Positions 16,533 through 30,203 of a DNA stretch of 64,000 nt are shown in pieces. Each line of letters starts with the position of its first letter. Position 1 is the first letter of the stretch. The stretch spans positions 310,001 to 374,000 of the forward strand of contig JAVKOQ020000006.1 in assembly GCA_031835245.2 (NCBI GenBank). Direction: 5' to 3'. The position numbers and the translations under genes were made by a program. Source of the DNA: Balamuthia mandrillaris (Eukaryota). The notes beneath the pieces were generated by a model, which had not been told where the DNA came from, ran no database searches, and saw only the letters and a program-made list of their open reading frames with translations.

Positions 16533-17306
16533 ATGACGAGCTTATTCAGGAGAGTCTCTTTGCGGACGATTAAGGTTTGGTTTTTTTTCCTACCCAAAGA
16601 CACCGCTCTACCACCACCCCTTCTCCTTCCCCTGTTTTTACTGTTGATGCGTCTCGTATGACCTTACTTTTTTCCTCTCTTCCGCAGTTCTTTCTGCACA
16701 AAACCTTTGGTCACTTTTTGAAAGAGAAGTTGGACCTCAGCCAATTGGAGGTTGATTTTAGTCTTGGCATTGTCCACCTGAAAAACCTGGAACTCAATGC
16801 CGAGGTAAGAACAAAAACAAAGAAAGAAAGAAGTAGAAACGAGGGCCTCTTTCTTGGTTCTTTTAAAAGCGGAAGTTTCTTTGTTCCATCGCTAGTTTCT
16901 CTGTTCTTGTCGCTAACTTCCTTCTTCACTTTCATTCAGAAAATAAATGAGTTGTTGGAAGACTTTCCCTTCCACATGAAAAGCGGATGGATAGAACACG
17001 CTTGGGTTACCATTCCCCTGCGTAACCTCTCCTCTTCCATTGATAACTGTAAACTCGAGTTGGATGGCGTATACATAACCCTCGTCCCTGGAAAACCAAA
17101 ACGTATGATTTGTTCTTGCTTTTCTCTTCTTCTTTCTTGTTCTCCTTGTTCTTCTTCTTTTCTTCTTCTTCTTTTCTTCTTGTTCTTCTTCTTCTTGTTC
17201 TTCTTCTTCTTCTTCTTCTTCTTCTTCTTCTTCTTGTTCTTCTTGTTCTTCTTCTTGTTCTTCTTCTTCTTGTTCTTGTTCTTCTTCTTCTCTCTCCCTC
17301 CCCTCT

Positions 17307-17347
<41 letters not shown>

Positions 17348-17385
17348 CCTCGCTTTTCTCTTCTCCCTCCCTCCCCCCTCTCTCT

Positions 17386-17425
<40 letters not shown>

Positions 17426-20400
17426 TCTCTCCATCTCCTGCTTTGCTCTTTCTAGCAGTGTCGCTAACGAACTGTTGTTAACAGGTGCGCAGATCGGCGA
17501 CTCATGTTATTTGGAGTACTCTGATTATGGAACACGTTCTTCTTTTGCGAACTGGGCAGGAGAGGAGCATAATGCCGCTGGAAAAGGTTCCTCACCACAA
17601 AAAACTTCCCAAGAAAAAGAAGAGGATGAAGGGTTCCGAGGAGAAAAGGAGCTAGCCGAGTTGTTTAATCGGTTACTTCTCCTTCTTGAACAAGTGCGAG
17701 TCCACAACCTTGTCATAGACATGGATTATTATTCTCCAACGTTGAAGAAGAAAGCGTGCTTGGTGGTGACCATTTCATCTTTCATGTACTCAGATGTCAC
17801 CAGAGAACATACCAATGAAGAAGACCCAACTTCAGGCAACGCTTCACCAACTCCTGGGCCTTTAACAGAGGCAGACTCCTCATCTTCAGTAAAACGCGAA
17901 GCTTTCTCCTCAAATACATTAAAAGTACAAAACGCGGGAGGCAGCACAGGTCCTACTCCTAACACCGCTTCCAACCCAACACCGCCCACTACAACGTCAT
18001 CGGGCACAGTACCCGTAGCTTCCTATTGGAATCCCACAGCTTTAGTCAAATGTGTGACGTTTACCAGCCTAGAGGTTCAGATAAGAACAGACGTATCCTC
18101 TTTTTCCTCCCCTACGTCTTCATCGAACGAGGATGAAAAGGTTTCTAGCAGTGGTGATACGGAGGATGACGCTGCTTCATCAGAGGACTTTGTATCCCCT
18201 AGCGCGTCTCTAAATCTAAACTTTGGGGAGGAGCATGACCACGTTGTCTTGCTCGTTGGCAATCCTTCACGGCAGAAAGAACTTGAAGTGGAAAGGCATC
18301 AAGACGCTGCAGAAAAGCAAAAAGAAAACGAAAACGAAACGACGAATCAAAGAAAGGAAAAGGAAGAAGGAACAGAAAAAGTGCTTCTGAAGTTCCGCAA
18401 GAGAGAGGACGCCTCCATTCCAGCTGTGGATGTCGAGTGTATATTTCAAAGAGCGAAAGTGGTTGTATCTTCTCAGCAGTTGCATTTGATGTTAGATCTT
18501 TCGGAAGTATTAGAACGAGCTCAGACCGAAATGAAGCTCGAAAAGGAACAAAGAGCAAGACGGCGCGGCATGTACAGCGAAACGCATGAGCAACCAGGTC
18601 AACAACACAATTGCAAAGATAACTCAAGTGCTGGTAGGAAAGGCTCCATTATCTTCTTTCCCGAAAACAGACCGAAGTCCACTCAACCTACAAATCCACA
18701 AAGCGACCTGTACGCCCATGAGCTCTCTCTCTCTCTCTCTCTCTCTCTCCTCGCTCTTTCCTCATGAGCTTGCTCTTTCTCCCTCTCCCTCTCCCTCTCT
18801 CCCTCTCTCCCTCTCCTCTCTCCTCTCTCCCTCTCTCCCTCTCTCCCTCTCTCCCTCTCTCCCTCTCTCCCTCTCTCCCTCTCCCTCCCTCTCTCTCCCT
18901 CTCTCCCTCTCTCCCTCTCTCTCCCTCTCTCCCTCTCCCTCTCTCCCTCTCTCCCTCTCTCCCTCTCTCCCTCTCTCCCTCTCTCCTCTCCCTCTCTCCC
19001 TCTCTCCCTCTCTCCCTCTCTCCCTCTCTCCCCTTTCTCCCTCTCTCCCCTCTCTCTCGTGCTAATGCGCATAACTGCAGGAGTGAAAGTCAAAGTGAGA
19101 GCAACAGTGAGGAAGATGAAGCGGAGGACAGATTTTTCGAGTGTGAATCTGTTGAAGAGGAAAGCTATCGGGAAGTTGAACAACATTTACGGCACGTCAA
19201 AGAGGGTCAACTGGAGGAATCTATACCTCCGCAGGCAGCTTCCTACCTCCAAAGTGAACTCATGCTGAGGATGAACGTAAAAATTACCAAAGGATTGCTG
19301 ACTTTAATCTATGAGAACAACGGAGAAGGTGATGAGGAGCTAGAGTTAGAGCAACTTTTGCATCGACTCAATGATGAACCTACTTCAGATAAACACAAAG
19401 GAAAAGAAACGGCAGCTACAGCAGAAAACGCCAACTCTCCACAAAATCCGAGCAGAGATCAAGCAACTGAAAGAGAGATGCAACACGAGCATTTAACGTG
19501 TGAATTTGGTGATCTCGAATTGCGGCTGAAGCAGTCTCCCGATTGCAGCAAGGCTGTTCTTTCAATCGCTACATTTGATATTTTTGAATATTTATGGCGA
19601 CAGCAACCGCAAAAACGAGGTAATCAGGAGTCTCTCTCTCTCTCTCTCTCTCTCTATCGCGAAATACCTAATTGCACTCTTCAAATCAGGGGAAAGTAAC
19701 AGTCCTGGCATGGGCAAGCAACATGATGTGTCAAACCTTTTTTACTGCAATCAGATTCTCATGTTTAAGTCTCAAATGGTGGGCTCAGAATCTCCAACAA
19801 ACGAAAGAACTTCACGGAGCCGATCCGGGTCGATGCTCTCCGCTTATTCCTCTTCTCCGCCCTCTACTTCCACATCTCCTGTTTCCCCCTCTCCGTTAGA
19901 ACGATTACCTGGACCGCAATTACCACCTCACATCAAGTGTGAAATTGTCAAGCAGCGAATCCAGGGTACAGCAACTATCCTTTTGTTCCACTGTCCAATT
20001 TTCTATAGAGTCTCATTTGCTCAAACTGTCATTGCCATCATATGAGCAGATGACCCAGATGCGGACTTAACTTCCTTCGATAACAAGATTGATATCCAGC
20101 TTCAGGATGTTTGCTTGCAGCTCGACCCAGACTTTACCAAACGCTTAGAGTCCTTCATACTCTTGTTTACTGCTGATCATCACAAACACTCCGCCACAGA
20201 AGAACCTATTCACATCCCAGGGTCTACCTCTGAAACTATGAAGTTTGCTACCCATTATTTCCTTATAATTGCTAATGTACTTTACGAAACTTAACTTTCA
20301 CTTTTCATCTACAGTCTTTCCGTCAAGGACAACATTTTAAGTTCGTTGGCCGCATTGTCAGCGGATATCACCACCCGCTCAATTGATACAGCCCCTGCTT

Positions 20401-23400
20401 CAGCATCAGAGCTTTCTCAACGCGACACGGTATCGCCCCCCCCCCCCTACTTCCCCTCCAGTTGCTAACCTGTATGAAAGGAATCGGTGTATACCACAAC
20501 TCGCTTCACGGTGCATGTGAGACACATGCTTTGCATCGCGCTAAGGTTCCCCAAGATAGATGCCGGTCAACGTCGAAAAGGAGAAATGATGAAGGAGGGC
20601 ATTATTATGACCATCACAGACCACACAGGACCCAAGATCACCAGCCACATTTATAGTGACCAGAAAGAAGTTACTTGGTTGTTTGAGTTTGACCAGATTA
20701 CAGCTTCTATTGATAGAGGTGTACCAGGTACGTAGCTACACCAAATTATCATCATACAACTCTTTTATTTCTTCGTTGTTTGACATACTCAAACAATCAG
20801 GACAAGATCTGCGTTCTTGCTTATCTGCAACCCTGGTGGAACGACCATTTTTTGAAGCCCAAATGCGTAACACCCAGAATGAGGTCGTAACACCGGTTGA
20901 AATATCCATTAAATCTGGTGATCAAACCAGTGGTGGCTCGCAGAGTGATTGGGAGCAGTCTCCTCGATCCTCAGGCTTGTTTGATTCTCTGGACGAGTAC
21001 AGCAACGAGGTACCACTTTTCTCGATATAGCACTGTAACAGCCTGATCCTTTACTCTTTTCTTTTTTACTAGGCGAACTCCAATAGTAGAAGCAACACGT
21101 TTACTGCTGCTCCAGACCCTTTCTCGTCCTTTTTCAAGATTTTTGAAAACAATGAACATTTCGCTGCTGAGGCAGACGCTATGGAGCAATCAGTATGTAT
21201 TGATTTTATGTTCTCTTTAAGTATCAATGCTTATCTATAATTTCCTGCAACAACAGAGTATTATAGTGAAGCTGCGGTTTCCATCCTCCCACTTAGATCT
21301 CGTCAAGGCTGACTACGATCTACTTACGAAGATGTTGTTAACCACTTCTTCGGAACCTCAACCTTCTGAACCAAAAGAAAGTATGGCAAGTGCGCCACCT
21401 GCGGAGTCTACCTCTCCAACGGTTCCATTGGCCTCTAATGTGTCTCCTTCCATAGCTCTTCAGCGGCGCAAGTCCGACACAGCAGCAACTAGCCAGCATG
21501 AAGGGGAGAACCTGCATGATAGCCAAACCGCTCCTCTGCAAGGTCTGCAAGACCAATTTGATCAGCACTTCGATACGACATTGCAGAGGGATACTCAACC
21601 AACAGCGAGAGCAGGACTAGCTGTCAAGGTCTACTTCACACAAGGCAATTGGGTCTTTAGAGACAACCCATCCCCTGCTGAAGTGGCCAAGCAACAAGAT
21701 ACGGCTGCCATGTTTGGCGCTGTAGAGGCTGGTGGAATTGGCAACTTTCCGTCATTTTCTTCGGACTATGGCTCATATACTCCATCGCCAATGGGCTACG
21801 ACAGTGGATCTAGCAGCACTCTAAGTCCTCATCGTTATGAAATAGAGTTTACGAAGCTTCATTTGTTGCACGTATCTGGGTATAATGGCCAGGTTTGGTT
21901 CTGCTCCGTTTCTTTTTCTTCTTCTTGTCTGGCGTTTCTGCCCTTTTCACTGATTTGACCATTTGTTAGAACAAAGAGTATATGGTCATAACCGGCGATG
22001 ATTTGGCTATTCATGACACTGTGTCATACGCTGATACCACCCCAGTAGTGACACGAACCCTTAACACGGAACAAGGCGAAGCCGAACCTATGTTACGTTT
22101 TCTTATGGCAAGCTCTCCTGAGGAAAGGAAAATTAAAGTGGGGCTACAGGATGTCACTGTTTATCACAAGCGTGGTCTAAAGTGGTTGATGCAACTAGCC
22201 GATTTTTTTCCACCAAAGCAAGATTTCGTTGTTGGGCACAATAACGCCACAACTCCAAAGAAAGATGCTAAACCAAGCCTTCACTTTACCCTCTTGATGT
22301 CCTCTTTGGAGCTACTTTACACACCGAGCCTCTTTCCCTCCAAAGCAGTTGTTACTATTGGCTTGATAAAGGTATGATCTCTTTCCTATCTCTCTTTCCT
22401 TTGCGGGTATACTTAATTTCAAGTTCAGGTCTCAAACAAAGGGAGAAGCGATGGGTTGACGTTTTCAGTCCAAGACGTGGCAGGTTTTATCATTGAAGAC
22501 ACACGCTACGTAACCAAGGCATCCATGATGCGTTCTTCCTCTCTCCATCGTATGTCAGGTGGCAGGAGAGCAAGCATGGACGATGTCTCTCTGGAACATG
22601 ACAGCGAAGAAGAAGAACCAGGGAAGAGAAGAAGAAAATCAGTAGGGCTTGGAATGATGGCCAGAGATAGTCTCGAAATGGGAAGCCATTGGGAGAAGAA
22701 AGGCTACGTTACGGTTCTGCTGTTGGATTATCTAGATGGCTTTGTAACCACTAATTTAGAAGATGCTATTGTGCAGCAGCTAAATACCCCTCTTGTGGAG
22801 GTACGCTATACACTCTTCGCTTTTGATGGTAGTTAACTTACCATGGTGCTGCTTAGGTTCACATTGCAAATGAGGAAAGCAGCACACCAACATTAATGAT
22901 TAGCGCATGTGGTGACTCCCTTCAAACTTTTGTGGATCTGGTAACGGAGGCGACCCTCCCAGATGACACTCTGATGGACAGTGGCAAAGTTGAGCCTCAG
23001 CAAGGAGACTTTAAGCTTAACAGTAATATAACTGGTATATGGGGTATGGCGTTGGAGAAGGAAAAAAATATAGAGAAAGAAAATAGCAGAAGAATAGGCA
23101 AGGAGAAAGAAAGTAAAGCCTAACGAAGATTTTCTTCTCACTTTGCCTTTTTTTTTTTTTTTTTTGCAGATAACTTGGATGTAAATGCCTTTGCAAAACA
23201 ACCTTCTCAGAACAAGCACAATAAGCGGCGCTCACCAGATAAGCAGAAAGAAAAAGGCAAGGAAAAAAACGTCGAATCGCGAAACATAACCAGTGCATCC
23301 ACAAGCAAACCAACGATTGCACAAACCAGTCCTTTTATAATCAAGGAAGACTACATGGGGGATGGAGAGAGCGATCCATTCGAACAACATAGACAAACTG

Positions 23401-26104
23401 AATGGAAAAATCCACCTACTAAGGGCAACGCGCAAAGAAAAGCAAAGATTGAAGAAGAACTCGTTTTCAGTAGCGAAGAGGAAGAGGAAGAAGAAGTAGC
23501 AGCGCTCCACCGCAATCGCGTTTCCGAGCAGATACGTCATAGAAATAGATCAGAAAGCCCTGTTTCATCCGGTGGAAGTTCTGGTGATGTGGATGTAGAC
23601 TGGGGAGATAGCCTATGCGAAAGCGGAGGTAGTGTCAGTCTCAGTGGAAGTTTGAGCGGAGGTGAAGGCTATTCCCCGCTTGTAGGTTCGCTCGTTGTCG
23701 ATGAGGAAGATGAACGAGATGATGACGAAGACAGTGAGGCCAATATGTACAGAAAAGAGCTGGTGGAGAAGGCTATGGCAAACTTCGACTTTGGAAAGCT
23801 TCCGCAAGATACAGAAGGAAAAGGCTATGTCTTACTGCTTCAGGAAGTACCTGAAGGAGATACGGAACCTTCCTCTTCCAAGACAAATGTCGACTCAGAA
23901 AAGGAGCGTTCCCGATCCCCATCCCCCTCTTCTTCTTTTACTGCAGCAACGCCACCTCGCGCGCGCGCCTCCCAAACAAAGGGTGACTTAACTCCTCACG
24001 TGCGGTGGCTCATTGACGAGGAGGAAACACTCTCAGAAGGGAGACCCACGACGAAGTCGCCATCCTCCTCCTCTTCCTCATCTTCCTCCTCTCCGTCTCT
24101 TAGTCGATTTATGATGGATGACTACTATGGCATTCCATCCACTTCCTCCGATGATGGTTTGCAGGTGCCCTCAAGGTGCTTTTGCTCCGCGCTTTTGTTT
24201 TTGGTGACTCTTGTGCTCATTTTTTGACTTGTCACAAAACAGCTATCCTCGTTCCAAAGTGAGAGTCGTTTGCCACAATTGCAATTTGGTGGTGCAGTTC
24301 TATGATGGGTTGGACTGGGCATTAGCTCCGGAAGGGTTCACAGCGGCTTCCTCACCTTCTTCTGTTGCCAACAGTTCCATGTCGAACTCACTTGGCAATG
24401 ATGGATTGTTGGGCGAAGGTCATCCTGTCAGTGGCAGCAGTGGTATGTTCTCTTCTTCCTCAAGCTTTGCCTCTGCCAAAGCACACTATCGGGGCACTCG
24501 TAATGAAAACGAGCATATCGCCGTTCATCTGGTTTGCTATTCCTCCTTCTCTTGTTTCCTTCTTCTCTTCACCCCTCTCCTTCCCTCATGTTGTTTCACA
24601 TCTCAACCAACCATCCTATCGATTCTTACGCCAGATGGGAATAAAGGCTCAAATGGACGAGTTAGAAGAAGGAACAATATACGTAAGGCGTGTTGCAATA
24701 GCCGTACAAAATGTGGAAGTGCGGGATCACATTAGCAACTCTGTGATCAACAAGTTCCTTTGCTACGATGAGGACCATCCACGAGAGGTTGGTGCCAGCA
24801 TGTTGCGCATCGAAATGGAGTGCGTGAGACCAGATGCGCCTGTATCCAATACAGAGGAATGGCGAATGAAAGTAGCGATATTGCCCCTGCGGTTCTACGT
24901 GGACCAGGATGCACTTGAATTCCTTGGTCGTTACTTTAGTCGCATGGAACAATCGCCCCTCATTCCAGAAACGGAACCAATGTACTTCCAAAGTTGCGAG
25001 GTGAAACCCTTGAAATTAAAGGTGGACTATTATCCCAAGCGCTTCGACTATAACGCTCTCTATGGAGAAAACAAGGCCATGTTCCTTGTAAAGGCCACTT
25101 CTCTCAAAACAGCCACATTCCGCTTGAAGGGTATCAAAGTCAAAGCGAAGGGTTGGGAAGAGCTCCTCGCCAAAAAGATGGTTGAGCAGTATGAACAATA
25201 CTTTGTAGGCAAGTATTTCTCTCTTCGATTCCCTCTCTTTCCTGGCTTACACATGATTTATTATAAAAAAGGCACCCAATTGTATAGCGTGCTTTCAGCG
25301 GTGGGGCCGATTCGTTCCCTGCTTAATCTGGGAAGCGGTGTATCTGACATAATCTACACACCGTACAAGCAATGGCAAAGAGATGGAAACATGCTGTCTG
25401 GCATCGCCAAAGGAATGACATCAGGCCTACAAAAACTGACAGTGGAAGGGCTCAACGTAACCACAAACGTGGCGGCAGGCGTGCAGTACGCCTTAGAGTC
25501 TGCTGATTATTTGTTGGGAGGAAGTCGTTCCACCAGCAGAAGCAGCGCAGCTTCTACCTCCAACGCTTCTTCTAGCAGCATCACAACCCACAGCAGCAGA
25601 AACCCAAACCTGTTATCCTCTTCGACGTCACGATACGTGAACCAGCCGAGAGGGGCCAGAGATGGAGTGGTGCATGCCTACCAGAGCCTCTCCAGGGAGT
25701 TGGGCAACGCCGCCCATCGCATAGTGGCGGTCCCGTTGGAAGAGTACGAGAGGGAAGGGGCCAGAGGATACCTCTCCTCGCTGGTGGGAGGCGTACCGGT
25801 GGCCATCCTTCGGCCCATGATTGGCGTTACAGAGGGCGTTACCAAGACGCTAGTTGGTGTGAGCAACTGGGTGGACCCTTCCTACAAGAAGCAAATGAGT
25901 GGAAAGTTCAAAGATGGGGTATTCGCGGAGAGCAAGAAGGAACGCTTGCAACGAAGGCGACGCCGCCAACTCCAACAGCAACAACAACGGCCTAGAGGTG
26001 ATGGTGATGAGGGTATTAGTAGTAGCGATGACGAAGAACAGCAACCACGGGGGTCGCGTCACCCCTCTCGTCCTGACCTTTTGGATGGCTCTTATCTTAT
26101 GTAA
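16533..26104 (+). CDS. ATG2: Autophagy-related protein 2 (lipid transfer protein)
   Basis: Chorein-N start (FFLHKTFGHFLKEKLDLSQLEVDFSLGIVHLKNLELN). EVRDHISNSVINKFL, LPLRFYVDQDALEFL and LKVDYYPK follow. The ATG_C-like end reads NQPRGARDG..VPVAILRPMIGVTEGVTKTLVGVSNWVDP. Confidence 0.93.
17113..17445. repeat. (CTT/GTT)n and (CT)n microsatellite block in an ATG2 intron
   Basis: Read directly from the sequence. Confidence 0.9.
18773..19058. repeat. Pure polypyrimidine (CTCTCTCC)n-like tract in an ATG2 intron
   Basis: Only C and T over about 285 nt. Confidence 0.9.
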
Positions 26105-26317
26105 TTACCGGAGTGTACGTATGCTGCACCAAACAAAAGAGATATTAAGGTTATCAGTTAAACAAAACCTGCAGCGCTTTTTTCTGCAAAATACTCCGTT
26201 TTAGAAGAAGATTGAGGTAATAGTAACACACACGGCAGAGCTGCTGTTATCCTGAAATTGTTCTTGGAAAAGTTAATCGAGGGTGAACTGGTGGCTCATA
26301 TACATATCGGCGTAAAG

Positions 26318-26371
26318 GGTTGGTTGGTTGGTTGGTTGGTTGGTTGGTTGGTTGGTTGGTTGGTTGGTTGG
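26318..26371. repeat. (TTGG)n tetranucleotide microsatellite
   Basis: About 13 tandem GGTT units just upstream of the ATG at 26407. Confidence 0.9.
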
Positions 26372-26406
26372 GAAAGAAGAAGCAAAAAAACGCGTCCAAA
26401 CAACAC

Positions 26407-27543
26407 ATGGAAATGGAAGGGCTTCAAATTTGTCCGCTGTGCGCCGAACCTTTGGTCTTGGCAACAGCCACCACAAACGGTTCTGCCGGAGGAGACCGAG
26501 GAGGAGGAGAAGAGGTAGGCAAACGGTCCTTCTCCTTGGAGCGCCAGCAGCTCGCTCTGCACATGTTAGAATGCGCAACCAGCGAGCTAAAACGGGGCTT
26601 ACTTGGCGCTACTACGGCACCAGCGCCAAAAGGAGAAGCCAGTTCTTCTTCATCTCTTTTGGAGGAACTGGAAGAAAACGAAAACGAAGCAAGTCGAAGC
26701 TTAAAGAAACGTAAAGTGGCAAAGCAGACTCCGACCACGACAACAACGACCACCACCACAACCAGCACGACTTGCCTTGTTTCCGCTTCTTCCTCGAACC
26801 CCAAGAAAAAGCGAATGAGCGAAACAGAGTACGACCAATTCTTGTTGGCTGAGAAAGAGGGCCGCTTCGAGAGGATAGGCCCATGGAAAGGCTTCTCCAA
26901 AACGACGAAGCATCGCTGCACTGACCCCGAGTGCGGCCGCGAATGGAGCCCTTCGCCCTCACAGACGCTCGCTGATGACTATTACTGTCCCAGTTGCGTG
27001 CTGCACCATCGCAACAATGTCGCTCGCTTTGAGGAACCACGGTTACAATGGACTGCTAAAGTGCCCAACACTTTTTACGTTTTCAGTCTTGTTGATCCTT
27101 CCTCTTCGTCTTCTTCCTCGCCTTCCTCCTCCGAAAAAACACAAGCCAACCACAGAAAGAGCAAAAGGAGGAGGCGGGAAGAAGAGGAGGAGGAAGAGGA
27201 GGAAGAAGAAAAAGCGAAAGAAGAGGAAGAAAACAGACTTGTAAAGTTTGGAAGAACGCAGAATGTGGATGCTTGGCAAAGATATCCTGCCAAAGAAAGG
27301 CGTGACTACAAGATGAGGCTGCTGCTTAGCATTCGTGGTCCTCTCAAAGACATGACTGAGTTGGAAAACTGGTGGAAGGAGAAAGCTCAGAAGGATAACC
27401 TCTTTCAGCGCTTCTCCGTTGCTGACTTTCATGGCCTCAGCGAGTGTATTAATGTGGAGTCACATGTGCTAGATGAATTTCTCCTTCACTCCAAGTCCTT
27501 CTCTAAACAGTCACATGTGCTCCATCCTCCATCCTCTTCTTGA
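26407..27543 (+). CDS. Intronless zinc-finger/zinc-ribbon protein with a GIY-YIG-like (T5orf172/MUG113-type) nuclease domain
   Basis: N-terminal CPLC..LHMLEC. Zinc ribbon HRCTDPECGREWSPSP..YYCPSC. The C-terminus FYVFSL..VKFGRT..QR..ELE..FHGLSECI follows the GIY-YIG layout. Basic NLS-like patches LKKRK and PKKKR. Confidence 0.6.
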   Translation: MEMEGLQICPLCAEPLVLATATTNGSAGGDRGGGEEVGKRSFSLERQQLALHMLECATSELKRGLLGATTAPAPKGEASSSSSLLEELEENENEASRSLKKRKVAKQTPTTTTTTTTTTSTTCLVSASSSNPKKKRMSETEYDQFLLAEKEGRFERIGPWKGFSKTTKHRCTDPECGREWSPSPSQTLADDYYCPSCVLHHRNNVARFEEPRLQWTAKVPNTFYVFSLVDPSSSSSSSPSSSEKTQANHRKSKRRRREEEEEEEEEEEKAKEEEENRLVKFGRTQNVDAWQRYPAKERRDYKMRLLLSIRGPLKDMTELENWWKEKAQKDNLFQRFSVADFHGLSECINVESHVLDEFLLHSKSFSKQSHVLHPPSSS

Positions 27544-27674
27544 AACAGAACTTAAAAGCACGTATCGAGTAATTTTCCTAGGAAGCAGAGAGAAGAGAGA
27601 AGAGAGAAGAGAGAAGAGAGAAGAGAGAAGAGAGAAGCAGAGAAGAGAGAAGAGAGATTTACATTTCAAATACG

Positions 27675-28210
27675 TTACAGGGCAGCTTTGGTGATGTCTG
27701 ACGACGTATCGAATTGCTTGCGTAAGGTTTTCTTGTCAAACTTGCCAACGCTAGTCTTGGCTATCTCCTCCACAAAAGCGATCTCCTCAGGAATCCACCA
27801 TTTGGCCACTTTCTGGGCAAGGAACTGCCGTATATCCTCCTTCAAACGTGCGGCCTCCTCTTTTGTCTGCGGCACTCTTCCATCCGACAGTTTGACGACG
27901 GCCATCGGTCTCTCTCTCCATTTCGGATGGAAGACCGCGATGGCAGCGGCTTCCTGCACTTTTGGATGAGCCATGATGGCGTTCTCCAGCTCCACTGAGG
28001 AAATCCACTCCCCGCCTGACTTGATGAGGTCTTTGGTGCGATCGACTATTTGCATGAAGCCTTCCTCATCGATGGTGCCCACGTCGCCTGTTTTGAACCA
28101 GCCATCCGCTGTAAACACGCCTTTGCTTGCTCCTTCATCGTTGAAGTAATGTTTTGCGATGGAAGGTCCTCTTACTTTATTGTCAATTTAGTAATCTGTT
28201 AAAAACGTTT

Positions 28211-28241
<31 letters not shown>

Positions 28242-29179
28242 ATAGCACCTTGAACTTCTCCTACGGTGACGCCATCCCAAGGCAGTTCTTTGCTATCATC
28301 ACCCACTATCCTCATTTCAACAGTGGGGACTGCAGGACCTTGCTTCGACCGAAACTTTAGTTTATCTTGGTAGGAAAGCGCGTGCATGCCTGGTTTAAGG
28401 CATGCTAGAGTGCCATGTGGGCTAAGCTCGGTCATGCCCCACGCATGCACCATCGTAGCACCTAACCCATCGTATGCTTTTATTTTAGGATTGCAATAAT
28501 GAGTGAGGCTTCTTTTGGGATATGTGAGTGATGCGCAAGTAGTACCCTGTATAAGTGAGGGAGGAGCAGCACTGCCTCCCGTAATAATACGAAGATGAGA
28601 AAGCAGGTCTGGCGTGATGTTGTTTTTCTCTTTCAGATGCTGTAATACACCAAGCCATATCGTTGGCACACCTATTGGGTTTATGGAGTAAGAAAATTGT
28701 GTGTTGAATGCACCACTTATCATAGACTTGGTGTGAAGAAAACCTGCTGCAAGGGTGCATTTTTCCTGAAATAGCAAACGGGCAATGTTGGTTGGGGACA
28801 GGTCCTCTCCCGGAAGAACGAGCTTGGTTCCAACCAGCACTCCCACGAATGGAAAACTCCAAGCATTGGCTTTTAAGGTTCCGCACGTAAGGAGTAATTT
28901 TCGAAAAAGAACCCAAAAGGAAAGAGAGCTCACCATGAAACATTGGTACGACCGACAACAATGTGTCTCTTCCAGAGATGGCGTAGGCGTCGATGCTTGT
29001 GGTGACCAACGCTTGAATGAAAGTCGAACGATGCGAGTATAAAACACCTTTGGGATTTCCAGTGGTGCCGCTGGTGTAACAAAGCCCAAGCGCCTCCTCT
29101 TCCTTTATATCGTCCGGCAGTTGAAAGGCGACTATGTGTATTGTATGCAATTTAGCGTTCGTCACACGAATGAGAGAGG

Positions 29180-29250
<71 letters not shown>

Positions 29251-29929
29251 GTAACCTGGATCGGCAGCAGCCTCTGCAATGAGTTGCTCATAAGACATAA
29301 ACGTGAGGTAGGAAGAAGCCATTGGAGAAGAAATGCAGCTTTCAGGCGACAACGAAGAAGAAGAAGGAGGAGGACTATCCAACACAACGCAATGCTTCAA
29401 GTGAGGAAGAGAGGGCTTCAGCGGCTCTATTATAGGCAACAGCGTGGAATCGATGAACAAGAGGCGGTCCTCCGCGTGGTTGAAGATGTAGACCAGTTGC
29501 TCCGAGAACAGCCTTATGTTCACGGTATGGAGCACCGCTCCGATCAATGCTGGTGGTGGGGAGAGCACACTTTCAGATAAGGGGGTTGGATGTTGGAAAA
29601 AAAAGAGGAAGAGACAAGTCAAAAGCATAAGACATACGAATGGCAAAATAGAGCTCAAGGTGCTGGTAGTGGTTGTAGGCAAAAGTGGCCACGCGGTCGC
29701 CTCGCCTGACGCCAAACCTATGAACCAAGGCCTTGGCCAGCAGCAGCACGTTGCGTTGGAACTGAGCGTAGGTGTAGCGGTGAAGCCGCCCGCCTCGCAT
29801 CACGCTGACCACCTCCTGCCTGGCGTGCAGTTGGCAGTTTTTCTGGAAGAGGTGGTGCAGCGTGAGCTGAAAGTCCATCATGCCGCCAGGCAGGGCCACC
29901 CCCTCCGCTTGCCTCCTTGCGGCTCTCAT
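27675..29929 (-). CDS. Medium/long-chain fatty acid-CoA ligase, AlkK/DmdB-like AMP-binding family
   Basis: [14 protein letters not shown] (AMP-binding), [42 protein letters not shown] and [10 protein letters not shown]. Multiple introns. Confidence 0.92.
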
Positions 29930-30203
29930 CCTGCTTCCCTCCTTTTCCTCTTTCCTCCTTCCTTGCAGGCTTACTGGGTTGAGGAGGAGGCAGACAGGAG
30001 AATGGACGAGAGATTGGTTACGATCTTGGATATGAGCTTGGACTTGAGAGTGGATAAGAGAGAGTTACAGCGGACATGAGCCAGGAGAGGAGAGCGTTTG
30101 ATATAAGAAAAAGAGATAATAATCCCTCTCATAATAATTATAATAATCCTAATAATAATAGCAGAGTTCCCCAAAACAAACCAAGTCGAGCAAACAAACA
30201 AAC

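Noticed and set aside
26318..26371. (TTGG)n as a telomere remnant or CRISPR-like array
   Set aside because: It is a short simple tetranucleotide repeat with no spacers, no TTAGGG units and no cas genes.
27675..27700. C-terminal KAAL of the acyl-CoA ligase as a peroxisomal PTS1
   Set aside because: AAL lacks the basic middle residue of the canonical signal, so the evidence is too weak.
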